Positions 18,931 to 29,125 are shown, numbered from the stretch's first letter. The stretch: DNA of 54,266 nucleotides from Candidatus Uhrbacteria bacterium (GCA_016206155.1 JACQSC010000001.1:71105-125370), one strand, 5' to 3'. Notes: generated by a model from the letters alone, not told the origin. Translations and numbers: made by a program.

Positions 18931-19740
18931 ATGTTTGAATATATCATCATCTTCATTTTTGGCACGATTGTCGGGAGTTTTCTGAATGCATTGGTATGGA
19001 GGCTATCGGTCGGCGAATCGGTGCTTCATGGGAGGTCGTATTGCACTGACTGTCATACATCTCTCAATGCAGGGGATCTTATCCCGCTACTCAGCTTTTT
19101 TCTTCTTCGGAGAAGGTGCCGCTACTGCCGGTCAAACATTTCTTGGCGCTATCCGATTATTGAAGCGTGCGGTGGACTGCTGTTCGTCCTCGCGTACAGC
19201 ATTTTCCTGAAAACCGCACCCGATGGGCTAGCGCAGTCTCTGTTGCTTGGTGAGCATGGCAGGGATATCCTGCTCCTTATACGAAATTGGTTTTTTATAA
19301 GCGTACTCCTCGCGCTCTTTTATTATGATCTGCGCTGGTCCCTGCTGCCAGACAGTATAACGCTTCCGGCAATCGTTATCGGCCTTGTATTTCAGCTTAT
19401 TCTCCTCCCACAGCAGTTTTTGTTTATTATCATTGCCGCGCTGGTTGGCGCCGGGTTTTTTGCGGCGCAATACCTCCTTTCTCGCGGCGCATGGATTGGC
19501 GGGGGCGATATTCGTCTGGGTGCGCTCATGGGCGTCATGCTGGGTTGGCCCGGCGTTTTACTTGCGCTCTTTGTCGCGTATATCGTTGGCGCTGCTGGTG
19601 CGATTGTGCTTCTTGCGCTAAAACTAAAGGATCGCAAAAGCGCAATTCCCTTTGGTCCCTTTCTTGCGGGCGCGACAGGTATGGTGCTTTTATACGGTGA
19701 TCAATTGATGAGCGTAATACGAAACTGGTATGGGATATAG
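18931..19740 (+). CDS. pilD: Prepilin peptidase / N-methyltransferase
   Basis: GSFLN...R, RSYC..C...L...DLIP..S, CRYC, YDL....LPD, GGGDIRL, IPFGPFL. Confidence 0.95.
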   Translation: MFEYIIIFIFGTIVGSFLNALVWRLSVGESVLHGRSYCTDCHTSLNAGDLIPLLSFFLLRRRCRYCRSNISWRYPIIEACGGLLFVLAYSIFLKTAPDGLAQSLLLGEHGRDILLLIRNWFFISVLLALFYYDLRWSLLPDSITLPAIVIGLVFQLILLPQQFLFIIIAALVGAGFFAAQYLLSRGAWIGGGDIRLGALMGVMLGWPGVLLALFVAYIVGAAGAIVLLALKLKDRKSAIPFGPFLAGATGMVLLYGDQLMSVIRNWYGI

Positions 19741-20416
19741 AGGAGCTTTCAACTTTCAACTTTCAACTTTTCCGTTACAGAAAAACCAGCAGAGGGGGTT
19801 TACCCTGGTTGAGATTCTTGTTTCAATGGGTATATTATTATCCTTGATGACGATCTCGATTATCGGTTTTAGCAAGGCAACGCGAAGTGAATATTTGCGC
19901 TACGGCGCGCGTCGTCTTGCCGATGCTCTACAAAGCACCATAAGCTTTGCGCAAAGCGGCACTCATGCACAGTATACCACAGCGCAAAGTTACGGGGTGC
20001 ACACTGATATTGTCTCCCAGCAGATCGTCCTTTTTGCCGATCAGAATATATCTACTGGAGTCGGGCGTTGGGACGGAGCCACTGCTGACGCATCATTAAA
20101 AAAAGATGAGCCGATGCAGGAAGTGCTCACGTATGATGTTGGCAAACGGGGTGACGTGAAGCTAGAGAGAATCGTCGTTATGTATCACATAGATGGTGGC
20201 GCACAGCAATCAAAAGATGTTACCATGATTGACATAGCATCTGTGCCGCCAAGCGCGAACATGGTATTCTCAGGCGGTTCTGATTTTCCAGCAGGATCGG
20301 CTGGTCAGATGCTTTCTGTTGAGCGTGTGGAGTTGATAATAAAGGAAATCTCAACAGGAAAAACATCGAAAGTTGTTATTCACGCGCTTTCTGGCCGTAT
20401 TGATGTTGATTACTAA
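19730..20416 (+). CDS. Minor pilin / pseudopilin
   Basis: RG/FTLVEILVSMGI class III signal; C-terminal SGRI. Confidence 0.85.
   Translation: MGYRGAFNFQLSTFPLQKNQQRGFTLVEILVSMGILLSLMTISIIGFSKATRSEYLRYGARRLADALQSTISFAQSGTHAQYTTAQSYGVHTDIVSQQIVLFADQNISTGVGRWDGATADASLKKDEPMQEVLTYDVGKRGDVKLERIVVMYHIDGGAQQSKDVTMIDIASVPPSANMVFSGGSDFPAGSAGQMLSVERVELIIKEISTGKTSKVVIHALSGRIDVDY
19745..19771 (+). repeat. Heptamer array (CTTTCAA)x3+ in the prepilin leader
   Basis: gCTTTCAA CTTTCAA CTTTCAA CTTTT; reads FNFQLSTF. Confidence 0.8.
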
Positions 20417-20420
20417 TTCG

Positions 20421-20456
20421 AGGGTATAGGGTATAGGATAAAGGGTATAGGGATAG
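20421..20456 (+). repeat. Single-arm heptamer array, family A
   Basis: AGGGTAT AGGGTAT AGGATAA AGGGTAT AGGG. Confidence 0.8.
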
Positions 20457-20457
20457 T

Positions 20458-21525
20458 ATGATAAAGAGAGTTTTTGTTATTGTCATTACGCACAACGGGG
20501 AAGATGATATCGGCGATTTTCTAGAAACGTATCGACAGTACACGCCGGAGGACGTATCGCTTGTTGTTGTTGACAATGCATCCAGCGACAACACACTTGA
20601 TATCGTTCGTGATCGGATGCCAGATGTCGCGATACTCCAAAACGTAATGAATAGAGGATATGCTGGAGGCGCGCGAGAGGGTATGGAGTATGCTCTTGCG
20701 CAGGGTGCTGCGACCATTGCTCTGGTGAATCAGGACTTGAGATTCACTCAACACTGGCTCGAGCCGATGGTTGAATATCTTGATTCGCATACGGCCTGCG
20801 CTGCGGTTCAGCCGCGCATTATGATGTACCCCCAAAGCGATATCATCAACTCCTACGGCAACGCCCAGCACTATCTTGGCTTTGGATATACAATAGGGTA
20901 CAGAAAAGCAGATAATGACTATTCTTGTGAAAACGGCAAACAGCTTGCAACATGCAGCGGCGCGGCAACCCTCTTTCGTGCATCAGCTCTGAAGGAAGTC
21001 GGTTTGATAGATGAACATTTTTTTATGTACTATGAGGATAGCGACCTGTCGTGGCGTTTGCGCATGGCGGGTTATACGCTCTCACTATGTTGTGATTCAA
21101 CGGTGTATCACCGCTACGAATTTTCCCGCAGTATACAAAAGTTTTACTATATGGAGCGCAATCGCCTCATAACGGCTATGGCGAACTATTCCGTGCGTAC
21201 ACTCCTGCTGCTCGCGCATATGATGCTTGTCATGGAGGCGGGGATGGTCGGGTATAGCATACTCGGGACACTAAAAGGCAAACGGGCATACCTTACCGCT
21301 CGGGAGAAGCTGCGCAGCTATGCCTATTTTCTTTTTCCTTCGTCTTGGCGATATATTTTGCAAAAGCGCCGCGTTGCGCAGCGTATCAGAAAGGTTTCCG
21401 ACCACGAAATCGTGGGACTCTTTGTCGACACCATAGAATTTCAAGATATTGACAACGGAGTCTTGCGGCGCATAGTCAATCCATTAATGCATTGGTATTG
21501 GACATGGATACAGCGCATCATCTGA
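20458..21525 (+). CDS. GT2 glycosyltransferase (WbbL-like)
   Basis: VVDNASSD, N.GYAGG, NQD, SGAA, FFMYYEDSDLSWR, V.H, RNR. Confidence 0.9.
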   Translation: MIKRVFVIVITHNGEDDIGDFLETYRQYTPEDVSLVVVDNASSDNTLDIVRDRMPDVAILQNVMNRGYAGGAREGMEYALAQGAATIALVNQDLRFTQHWLEPMVEYLDSHTACAAVQPRIMMYPQSDIINSYGNAQHYLGFGYTIGYRKADNDYSCENGKQLATCSGAATLFRASALKEVGLIDEHFFMYYEDSDLSWRLRMAGYTLSLCCDSTVYHRYEFSRSIQKFYYMERNRLITAMANYSVRTLLLLAHMMLVMEAGMVGYSILGTLKGKRAYLTAREKLRSYAYFLFPSSWRYILQKRRVAQRIRKVSDHEIVGLFVDTIEFQDIDNGVLRRIVNPLMHWYWTWIQRII

Positions 21526-22658
21526 CAATTATTAGTCCCGTGTTTCCGCCATATCGGAGCGGACAAGGTTCTGTTGCGTATGAAAATGCGCGCATGGCGT
21601 CGCAGGCCGGTATTGAGACAGCGGTGTATACTCCCTGGTATCAAAAACTTCGGACCCAAACACCTCATCAGGAGCGCACGGACGGATTTACCATCCAACG
21701 TCTGCGGCCATTCTTTTCCTATGGCAATGCCGCATGTCTTGTGCAGCTTTTTTGGAAATTGCGATCAGCGCAAACGATTCATCTTCACTATCCCGCACTC
21801 GGCATGGAATTGCCGGTGTTGTTCTGGTCTCTTCTTGGAAAGCGGCTCATTGTAACCTATCACATGGATCTTGTTGGAAAGGGACGGTGTATGCAGGCGT
21901 TCTTTCGTGCGTACTCCGCGCTTTTTCTTCCACTCATTCTTAGCAAGGCCGCAGTACTATTTGTCACCTCCTCTGATTACGCCGAACAATCGTTGCTCCT
22001 GCGTCCGTTTTATAAGAACCTACGAAAAAAAATCATTGAACTGCCCAATAGCGTGGATACGAATATATTCTCGCCCATGGCCCCCGCTCCGATGATTGGG
22101 GAACAACCAATGAATGATTATATTCTTTTTGTCGGTGCGCTTGATGCCGCCCACTATTCAAAAGGCGTGGCCGTACTTCTTGAAGCATGCGCCCGCCTTA
22201 CTGGGTCGTATACCCTTGTGCTTATCGGAGACGGGGACATGCGCGCTCTCTATGAACAGCAGGCGCATGATAGGGGTATTTCTAATCACGTTCTCTTTAT
22301 CGGATCATGCGCGCACGACGATCTGCCGCGTTGGTATGCCCATGCGCGATGCCTTGTACTTCCTTCAACAGATTCGACCGAGGCCTTTGGTATTGTTATT
22401 ATTGAAGCGGGGGCAAGCGGGGTTCCTTCAATTGCAACACGCATTCCCGGCGTGCGGAGTGTTGTCCAAGAGGGGGAAACGGGCTTTCTTGTCGCGCCAA
22501 AAAATGCCATCGAGCTTGCGGAGAAGATACAATTCATACTTTCGCATCCTGACCGTGCACGTTCCATGGGCCACGCAGCACAACGGCGCGTGAATGAGCG
22601 CTACGCCTATGATGCGGTGGGACGAATCTATGTACGCGCCATTACCGGCTGTATGTGA
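21504..22658 (+). CDS. GT4 glycosyltransferase
   Basis: HLHYP, TYH.D, PNSVD, FVG.L...KG, EAFGIV.IEA...G.P. Confidence 0.9.
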   Translation: MDTAHHLTIISPVFPPYRSGQGSVAYENARMASQAGIETAVYTPWYQKLRTQTPHQERTDGFTIQRLRPFFSYGNAACLVQLFWKLRSAQTIHLHYPALGMELPVLFWSLLGKRLIVTYHMDLVGKGRCMQAFFRAYSALFLPLILSKAAVLFVTSSDYAEQSLLLRPFYKNLRKKIIELPNSVDTNIFSPMAPAPMIGEQPMNDYILFVGALDAAHYSKGVAVLLEACARLTGSYTLVLIGDGDMRALYEQQAHDRGISNHVLFIGSCAHDDLPRWYAHARCLVLPSTDSTEAFGIVIIEAGASGVPSIATRIPGVRSVVQEGETGFLVAPKNAIELAEKIQFILSHPDRARSMGHAAQRRVNERYAYDAVGRIYVRAITGCM

Positions 22659-24723
22659 ATACAACAGCCTTTTCGCTATCAATTTCACGCCATTCGTCAG
22701 CGGTTGCTTTTCCGTCGCGTACGATGATAGGAAAACGGAATTCGTAGTCACGGACCACGAAATAGATTCGATCAACACCGACGATATCCATTGCCCGCGC
22801 CGCCGTTTCTCGCGATGGCGCACGCAGCATCGCGTAGTATTGTTCCGCAAGCGGTGATCCGCTTGGTACAGGATAATAAAAAACCTCACCATAGGCGGGA
22901 ACATTAAAGTAGCGCGCAAAGCCAAACTCGCGGATTGCGGCAGATGCCACAACTTGGTTTGAGAGGACGGCATAATCTCGCCCTCCGGCATCAGCATCAA
23001 TGGCATGAACCGCGTTAATGTCAGTCTGGGAAAGCGTGTAGGCATGAGAGGGGACATAGACATCGTTGCGGGGATAGGAAAGATATAGCCCGGCGGTGAG
23101 CAGTCCTGCAAGCCCGAGCAGTGTAACAAGGCGTATTATTGGAGTGCCATCGCGTATTCGCGAAAGGAGCGTGTCAAGGGTAATTGCGGCAAGTGGGAGT
23201 AGAAAAAGCGCGGCAGCCTCGAAGAGACGCTTTGCATAGTCCTGCTGTTCAAAACCGGCAATCGAATCAATGCGCAGCAGAGAGCCGGTTAAGATACCAG
23301 TGATTGCAATAAAGAGCGCTGAAAAAAGGCATGCCCGGAAAAATGGCTGAGATCGGATCTCAGCCATTTTGGCGAGGATGATGCCGATGAGAGCGAGTAT
23401 TAGAAGGACAAGGTGACCATGATAATGAGCGGCGTATGTAGCGTCGAGGAGCGGGGAAAAGCGTGTTTGAAGCGTGCCTTCAAGCCGTATGATCTGTATA
23501 AGATCGTGAATCGTGGGCAGAGAAAGTGAGAGATGAAACTGCGGTGAGATGAACGCGTTTGCAATAAAGGCGAGAGGTATACTGACTGCGCCCAGCACAA
23601 ACACTCCAGCAGTCATGAGGTGCCGTCGAGCAATGGATGTTGCAAGTATCGCGAGAAAAAAGAGAAGGGGAATACCGGCAAGCGGGTGGAGCATGAGCGT
23701 AAAGAGCGCAAGAGCTCCAACAAGGATCCAGTGGCGGCGATTACGTGTTTGAGCGGCAAACCCACTCGACAACAGGGTAAGAATTGTGGTACCATAAGCC
23801 AGACCCCACGGCGTCGTCATCACGAGGTGCGGAAAGGGGATGATAAAAAAGCAGAGCGCGACGAGGAGCGGATTTTTTACATAGCGTGTGAGCGCCGTGA
23901 CAAGCAGTACCGGTAAAGAAAGTCCGATCACGATCAAGGTGAGCGGCTGATGAACAGACGCAACAGAAAGATCAAAGATTCGCGCAAAAAATGGAATAAC
24001 GGCATATTGGGCAAGATAATAGAATGTTTTTGGCAAAACAGATCCGTGTTCGAGAACCAGTTTTTCCGCGGCGTGATGAATAATCGGATCAAAGCCGAAC
24101 GAAAGCGGAAAGCGTATGAGGGCGACGGAGAGTGAGGTTGTTGTGTGAAGAATGAGGAGTAAGAGCGAGAGCGCAGATGGTATGCCAATCCAAAGAAGGA
24201 CGACCAAAAGAAATGAGGAAAAAAAGAACAAGACAAACATGATTGGCCCCACACCGTCCCAAGGTCCGAGTACCGCGTCTGTTGTTTGCAGGAAATAAAG
24301 ACCAGCAAGAAATGCTATGATGCAAAGGACGTACAGCGAGGAAAACAGAAGCGTATGCGGCCGCAGCGGTAAGGATGGCTGAGGTGAAGAGGGTTCCAAT
24401 GCGGTATGATTGCCAAGACGTGCTGAAAGAAGCGTTGCGGCAAGCACAAGCCAGAGGAGAAGAATGACAATCGGAAGCGAGAGGTCAAAGAAAAAATAAA
24501 TAATGCCGCCAATGCCGCCAATAAAAGAAACCAGTGCCAGAGGAGCGCACAGCAATGCGCGCACCCAGGAAATGCCTGTGCAATTGCGAACAATGAGAGC
24601 GCCAGTTCCCAAAAAATATACCACCGCAACACCGCGCATGATCCCTGTTCCGGTCGCGTCAAAAATGAGTCCGCCAGTGATTGTCACGGCACAGAGTCCG
24701 AGAAGAGAGATGAGAATCTTCAT
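22642..24723 (-). CDS. Multi-pass membrane protein, possibly GT-C-like
   Basis: Long hydrophobic frame, GFDP.IH.A loop motif, soluble C-terminal domain; ATG at 24723. Confidence 0.75.
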   Translation of the reverse strand: MKILISLLGLCAVTITGGLIFDATGTGIMRGVAVVYFLGTGALIVRNCTGISWVRALLCAPLALVSFIGGIGGIIYFFFDLSLPIVILLLWLVLAATLLSARLGNHTALEPSSPQPSLPLRPHTLLFSSLYVLCIIAFLAGLYFLQTTDAVLGPWDGVGPIMFVLFFFSSFLLVVLLWIGIPSALSLLLLILHTTTSLSVALIRFPLSFGFDPIIHHAAEKLVLEHGSVLPKTFYYLAQYAVIPFFARIFDLSVASVHQPLTLIVIGLSLPVLLVTALTRYVKNPLLVALCFFIIPFPHLVMTTPWGLAYGTTILTLLSSGFAAQTRNRRHWILVGALALFTLMLHPLAGIPLLFFLAILATSIARRHLMTAGVFVLGAVSIPLAFIANAFISPQFHLSLSLPTIHDLIQIIRLEGTLQTRFSPLLDATYAAHYHGHLVLLILALIGIILAKMAEIRSQPFFRACLFSALFIAITGILTGSLLRIDSIAGFEQQDYAKRLFEAAALFLLPLAAITLDTLLSRIRDGTPIIRLVTLLGLAGLLTAGLYLSYPRNDVYVPSHAYTLSQTDINAVHAIDADAGGRDYAVLSNQVVASAAIREFGFARYFNVPAYGEVFYYPVPSGSPLAEQYYAMLRAPSRETAARAMDIVGVDRIYFVVRDYEFRFPIIVRDGKATADEWREIDSEKAVVFTYSR

Positions 24724-25326
24724 ATGATGAGCTTTCCATCCTTTTGTGATCGTCATTATTATCCGGCAGAAAAAGTATTAGTGACCGATCGCATTATTGC
24801 CGCGCTCTTTCTGTGGGCCGTGCCGTCGGTGCTTACCCCGAATCATATCACGCTTTTTCGAATCGTAGCAACGGTGCCGACAATCACTCTTCTGCTCTTC
24901 GAACAGTACGCGGTTGGTATCCCGCTGTTTCTATTCGTCGCCCTGACCGACGCGCTTGACGGCGCGCTTGCCCGCACGCGGAACATGATCACGGACTGGG
25001 GGAGAATCTTTGATCCCGTTGCCGATAAACTGCTCGTGATTCCATCGCTTGCGATTCTCATGGTGAAGAATCTGCCAATCGAGTTGGTGTTGCTTATTAT
25101 CGCGCTTGAACTGTTTGTGATGGGCGCGGCGCTTGTCTGGCGCAATCGCGGTGGAGTGATTTCCGCGAACATGTGGGGGAAGGTAAAGATGATCCTGCAG
25201 ATTGTTGGCATCTTCCTTCTTCTGCTCTCGCTCTGGCTTGGATTTCCTACGCACCAGGTCGCGGCTCTTGTCTTGGGAGCGAGCGTCTATTGTTCAATCA
25301 TGAGTATTGTCTATCATGGCATCTAA
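24724..25326 (+). CDS. CDP-alcohol phosphatidyltransferase (PgsA-like)
   Basis: TPN.IT..R, TDALDG.LAR...ITDWG..FDP.ADK, GK.KM. Confidence 0.9.
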   Translation: MMSFPSFCDRHYYPAEKVLVTDRIIAALFLWAVPSVLTPNHITLFRIVATVPTITLLLFEQYAVGIPLFLFVALTDALDGALARTRNMITDWGRIFDPVADKLLVIPSLAILMVKNLPIELVLLIIALELFVMGAALVWRNRGGVISANMWGKVKMILQIVGIFLLLLSLWLGFPTHQVAALVLGASVYCSIMSIVYHGI

Positions 25327-25894
25327 TACCATATGGCGGGGATTCCTTACCACGATAATGATCGGACTTGTTCTCTTCGTTGCGAACTATCATGTACCAC
25401 TCTCGGGAACAAAGACGATTACCTATGATTTTCGCGGACCCGATGGGACGATAAGCCATGCTTATCCCGTTGCGCGAGTGCGCGATATGGCGCGGCAGAA
25501 CGGGCGCACCTATCGGCCCATGATTGAAGATCCTGTCTATGTTGATGTCAAGACACTTCTGCCCTATCGAGTTGCCCGCATTGATCTTATTTTTCAAAAT
25601 ACCACATCAATACCTCTTGCTGTGGGGATGAAGCGCGCGGGCGGCACCCCTTCATTTGATTTGAAATCCGTCGAGGAAGCACCCACCGAGGGGGGGTGGT
25701 CCCGTGGGTCGGTATTATTTGATTTATCTACAGCGAGTTACTACAATGGTAAATATACGTTTGCGTTCTCGGTACCGGGCTTGCGTACTGAACGGCCCGG
25801 TCAGGGCGAAGTGCGACTGTCACAGATGCGCCTGATCCTGGAGCGTCCGCCGCTCTCATGGGATGATATTTTAACGCTATGGAAAAATTTTTAA
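25316..25894 (+). CDS. Hypothetical membrane-anchored protein
   Basis: N-terminal TM, open frame, overlaps both neighbours. Confidence 0.65.
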   Translation: MASNTIWRGFLTTIMIGLVLFVANYHVPLSGTKTITYDFRGPDGTISHAYPVARVRDMARQNGRTYRPMIEDPVYVDVKTLLPYRVARIDLIFQNTTSIPLAVGMKRAGGTPSFDLKSVEEAPTEGGWSRGSVLFDLSTASYYNGKYTFAFSVPGLRTERPGQGEVRLSQMRLILERPPLSWDDILTLWKNF

Positions 25895-26232
25895 GAATCA
25901 TATCGCTCATGCTTTCGGATATCTTTCTGGCGTCACTGTTTTTATATCTCGCGGCGGTGTACATTGATCTTTCGTTTGAGGGGGTTGTTTCGCGCGCATT
26001 TAATGTCACGATTCTGCTCATCATCTGTATTGCTTCCGGTATTGGGACTGTTCTATTTCCCCATCCGCGCCGCTCATGGGTTCCTATCGTCGTACTAAGC
26101 GTTATGGTCGGATCGATCGTTGCAAAGATTTCGGAATCTCTCTCTCCATTGGCGCTGCTTATCGGCGCTGCCGGTGGGATCGTTGTTTTTTTGGCGGGTT
26201 CTGCTATGATACGGCAATATGACGGGGAATAA
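25879..26232 (+). CDS. Hypothetical four-TM protein
   Basis: Hydrophobic open frame within the operon. Confidence 0.65.
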   Translation: MEKFLRIISLMLSDIFLASLFLYLAAVYIDLSFEGVVSRAFNVTILLIICIASGIGTVLFPHPRRSWVPIVVLSVMVGSIVAKISESLSPLALLIGAAGGIVVFLAGSAMIRQYDGE

Positions 26233-26635
26233 AGATTGTATTTTTTGTAAGGTTATTGCCGGCGAGCTACCGTGCTGGAGAGTCTATGAGGATGAACGTG
26301 CTGTGGCGTTCCTTGACCTCTATCCGACAAGTAAAGGCCACACGTTGGTTGTCCCCAAGAAACATTGCGCGGATTTCGTGAGTGCCGACATCGAGTGTCT
26401 TCAATCGGTTCTTTTGACAACGCAGAAGATAGCGCGCGCAGTAGTGGCGGGAACAAATGCAGATGGGTGTAATGTGACAACGAATAACGGCAAGGCGGCA
26501 GGTCAATCAGTGCTCCACCTTCACTGGCATATTATTCCTCGCTTTGATGGAGACGGACTCGTGATGTGGCCTCAGGCGCCATACGATGAAGGAGAAAAAG
26601 AAGTATTTCAGGAAAGAATAGGAAAGTTTTTATAA
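26219..26635 (+). CDS. HIT-family nucleotide hydrolase
   Basis: CIFC, GHTLVVPK.H, AGQSV.HLHWHIIPR. Confidence 0.95.
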   Translation: MTGNKDCIFCKVIAGELPCWRVYEDERAVAFLDLYPTSKGHTLVVPKKHCADFVSADIECLQSVLLTTQKIARAVVAGTNADGCNVTTNNGKAAGQSVLHLHWHIIPRFDGDGLVMWPQAPYDEGEKEVFQERIGKFL

Positions 26636-26651
26636 GAATTTATTTTACAAT

Positions 26652-26678
26652 CTGGATCCCGGCCTTCGCCGGGATGAC
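26652..26678. repeat. CTGGATYCCG..CGGRATGAC dispersed palindromic repeat (copy 1)
   Basis: CTGGATCCCGGCCTTCGCCGGGATGAC; near-identical copy at 35176-35202. Confidence 0.8.
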
Positions 26679-26684
26679 ACGAGT

Positions 26685-27695
26685 ATGAAACTCCTGATCA
26701 CTGGCGGATGCGGATTCATGGGATCGAACGCGGTTCGCTATTTTCTAAAGAACTATCCTGACTATCGCATCATTAATCTCGACGCACTGACGTATGCCGG
26801 TAATCCTGAGAACGTGCGTGACATCGAAAACGATCCTCGCTACACTTTTGTTCATGGACGGATCGAGGATGAGACAGTGGTCGAAAAGATTTTTTCCACC
26901 TTCAGGCCCGATGTCGTGATCAATTACGCAGCGGAGACACACGTTGATCGTTCGATAATGGATCCGAAGGCATTTTTGACAACAGAGATTTTTGGCACCC
27001 ATACGCTCCTTGAAGCCGTACGTCGGCACGAAACCAGCCGATATGTCCAGATTTCAACCGATGAGGTGTACGGCAGCATTGCTGATGGGGTGTGGACCGA
27101 AAGGGCGCCCTTCGACCCGTCGAGCCCCTATTCGGCGGCAAAGGCTGGCGCGGATCATCTTTGTCTGGCATATTGGAGAACCTACCACACTCCCGTTATC
27201 GTGACGCATTCATGCAATTTTTACGGACCTTACCAATACCCCGAGAAGATGATTCCGTTGTTCATCATTAACCTGCTCGAGAACAAGAAGGTACCATTGT
27301 ATGGCGATGGGGGCAATGTTCGCGAGTGGATCTATACCGAGGATCATTGCCGCGCCATTGACCGTATCGTTCATGACGGGCGGTTTGGCGAGTCATATAA
27401 TATCGGCACCGGGGAGCGCATGACCAATCTCGAACTGACGAAAAAAATTCTTTTGATGCTCGGCAGAGGCGATGAGATGATCGAACCCGTGAAGGATCGT
27501 CCCGGGCACGACCGTCGTTATGCAGTCGATCCCTCCAAGCTCATCACGTCGCTTGGCTGGAAACCTGATACGGCGTTTCAGGATGGACTTGCCAAAACAA
27601 TCGAATGGTATCGGACTCATGAGCAGTGGTGGAAGCCGCTTCGTAATGGGGAATATCTTGAGTACTACAAAAAGCAATACGCGACTGCGCGATGA
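26685..27695 (+). CDS. rfbB: dTDP-glucose 4,6-dehydratase
   Basis: TGGCGFMGS, LDALTYAGN, AAETHVDRSI, STDEVYG, YSAAKA, DRPGHDRRYA. Confidence 0.96.
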   Translation: MKLLITGGCGFMGSNAVRYFLKNYPDYRIINLDALTYAGNPENVRDIENDPRYTFVHGRIEDETVVEKIFSTFRPDVVINYAAETHVDRSIMDPKAFLTTEIFGTHTLLEAVRRHETSRYVQISTDEVYGSIADGVWTERAPFDPSSPYSAAKAGADHLCLAYWRTYHTPVIVTHSCNFYGPYQYPEKMIPLFIINLLENKKVPLYGDGGNVREWIYTEDHCRAIDRIVHDGRFGESYNIGTGERMTNLELTKKILLMLGRGDEMIEPVKDRPGHDRRYAVDPSKLITSLGWKPDTAFQDGLAKTIEWYRTHEQWWKPLRNGEYLEYYKKQYATAR

Positions 27696-29110
27696 AAATT
27701 ACTAAAAAATCAAAAAAAGAGAATCCGTCGCGAATGATCTCAGCTGAATTTGGCGTCTATCCCGTGGTTGTTCTCGTGGGGCGCGTGAACGTCGGCAAGT
27801 CAACACTCTTCAATACGCTACTTGAACAACGTAAAGCAGTGACATCTGCAGTACCGGGGACAACGCGTGATGTGAACCATGGATTGTGCACATGGCGGGG
27901 CGCCACCTTTATTCTGGTTGATACGGGAGGATTTGCGGGCGGGAGCACAACAGAGATAGAGAAGAAAACCGCAGAGCATGCGCGGCGCATGATCAGTAGG
28001 GCAGATATTGTGCTCTTTATGACCGATCGCCGCGCAGGCTTGAATCCCGACGACCGGCGGTTTGTTCGTCTTATACGCACACTGACTCAGGCGCCGTTGG
28101 TGCTTACGGTTAACAAGGCAGAACACAAGAGTCCCACGGAAGCAGACGAGTGGAGTGAATGGCATAAGCTCGGGTTGGGGGAGCCACAGTATATTTCAGC
28201 GATGAACGGACGGGGGACCGGTGATCTTCTTGACTACGTTGTAAGGCTGCTTCCTGAAAAAAAGAAGGAGCAGAAAAAGGAGCAGTCTTCGCGCGAAGAG
28301 GTGCGCGTCGCTATCGTCGGTCGGACAAATGTTGGCAAATCATCTATTCTGAATCGTCTTCTCGGCGAGGAGCGGGTGATTGTCAGTCCTCAGGCGCACA
28401 CGACGCGGGAGCCCCACGATACGCTATTCGAATATGACGGTATACCTCTTCGCATCATTGATACCGTTGGCATGCGTAAAAAGTCACGAATTTCCTCCCG
28501 CATGGATCGGGAAGGCCTTGAGCGCAGCATCGTTGCGATTGAACAAGCCGACATCGTGCTGCTCATTCTCGAGAGCATCGTGAGTCCCTCAAAGCAGGAG
28601 AGCCGTCTGGTTGGCATCGCGCAAGAACGAGGGGCGGGATTGATGATTATCGTGAACAAATGGGACTTGATTTCGGAAAAGACAACAAAAACCCCCCAGG
28701 CATATGAAGAGTTTTTTCGGCAGTATTTCAAAGGCGCGCTCTGGGCTCCGGTAATGTTTGTCTCAGCATCATCCGGACAACGTGTATCGCGGATTCTCGA
28801 GGCTGTGGGGCTCTGCATTGAGAACAGGGGGCGCATTATCGCGCAAGAAGACCTGGATACGTTCCTTGCCAAAGTCATCGCGCACCAGCAGCCCCAATGG
28901 CAACGCGGGAAGAAGAAGCCCGCTATTTATCGATTTCGCCAGACAACAACCAATCCACCAACCTTTGCGCTAGACGTCAATGAGCGAAATAGTATCAGTT
29001 ATGCGTATTTGCGCTATCTGGAGAATCGTCTTCGTGACGTGTATGGATTTCAGGGTACGCCGATTCGGATCCATACGGAAGAAAGAGGGCGCTTAACTCG
29101 TAATCCGTAA
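27692..29110 (+). CDS. der: Ribosome biogenesis GTPase Der (EngA)
   Basis: Two G domains (GR.NVGKS x2, DTGG/DTVG, NKWD) and C-terminal Y.RYLENRLR..F.GTPI. Confidence 0.93.
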   Translation: MKITKKSKKENPSRMISAEFGVYPVVVLVGRVNVGKSTLFNTLLEQRKAVTSAVPGTTRDVNHGLCTWRGATFILVDTGGFAGGSTTEIEKKTAEHARRMISRADIVLFMTDRRAGLNPDDRRFVRLIRTLTQAPLVLTVNKAEHKSPTEADEWSEWHKLGLGEPQYISAMNGRGTGDLLDYVVRLLPEKKKEQKKEQSSREEVRVAIVGRTNVGKSSILNRLLGEERVIVSPQAHTTREPHDTLFEYDGIPLRIIDTVGMRKKSRISSRMDREGLERSIVAIEQADIVLLILESIVSPSKQESRLVGIAQERGAGLMIIVNKWDLISEKTTKTPQAYEEFFRQYFKGALWAPVMFVSASSGQRVSRILEAVGLCIENRGRIIAQEDLDTFLAKVIAHQQPQWQRGKKKPAIYRFRQTTTNPPTFALDVNERNSISYAYLRYLENRLRDVYGFQGTPIRIHTEERGRLTRNP

Positions 29111-29123
29111 CTCGTAACTCGTA
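29094..29123 (+). repeat. Single-arm heptamer array, family C, containing the der stop
   Basis: TAACTCG TAATCCG TAACTCG TAACTCG TA. Confidence 0.85.
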
Positions 29124-29125
29124 CA

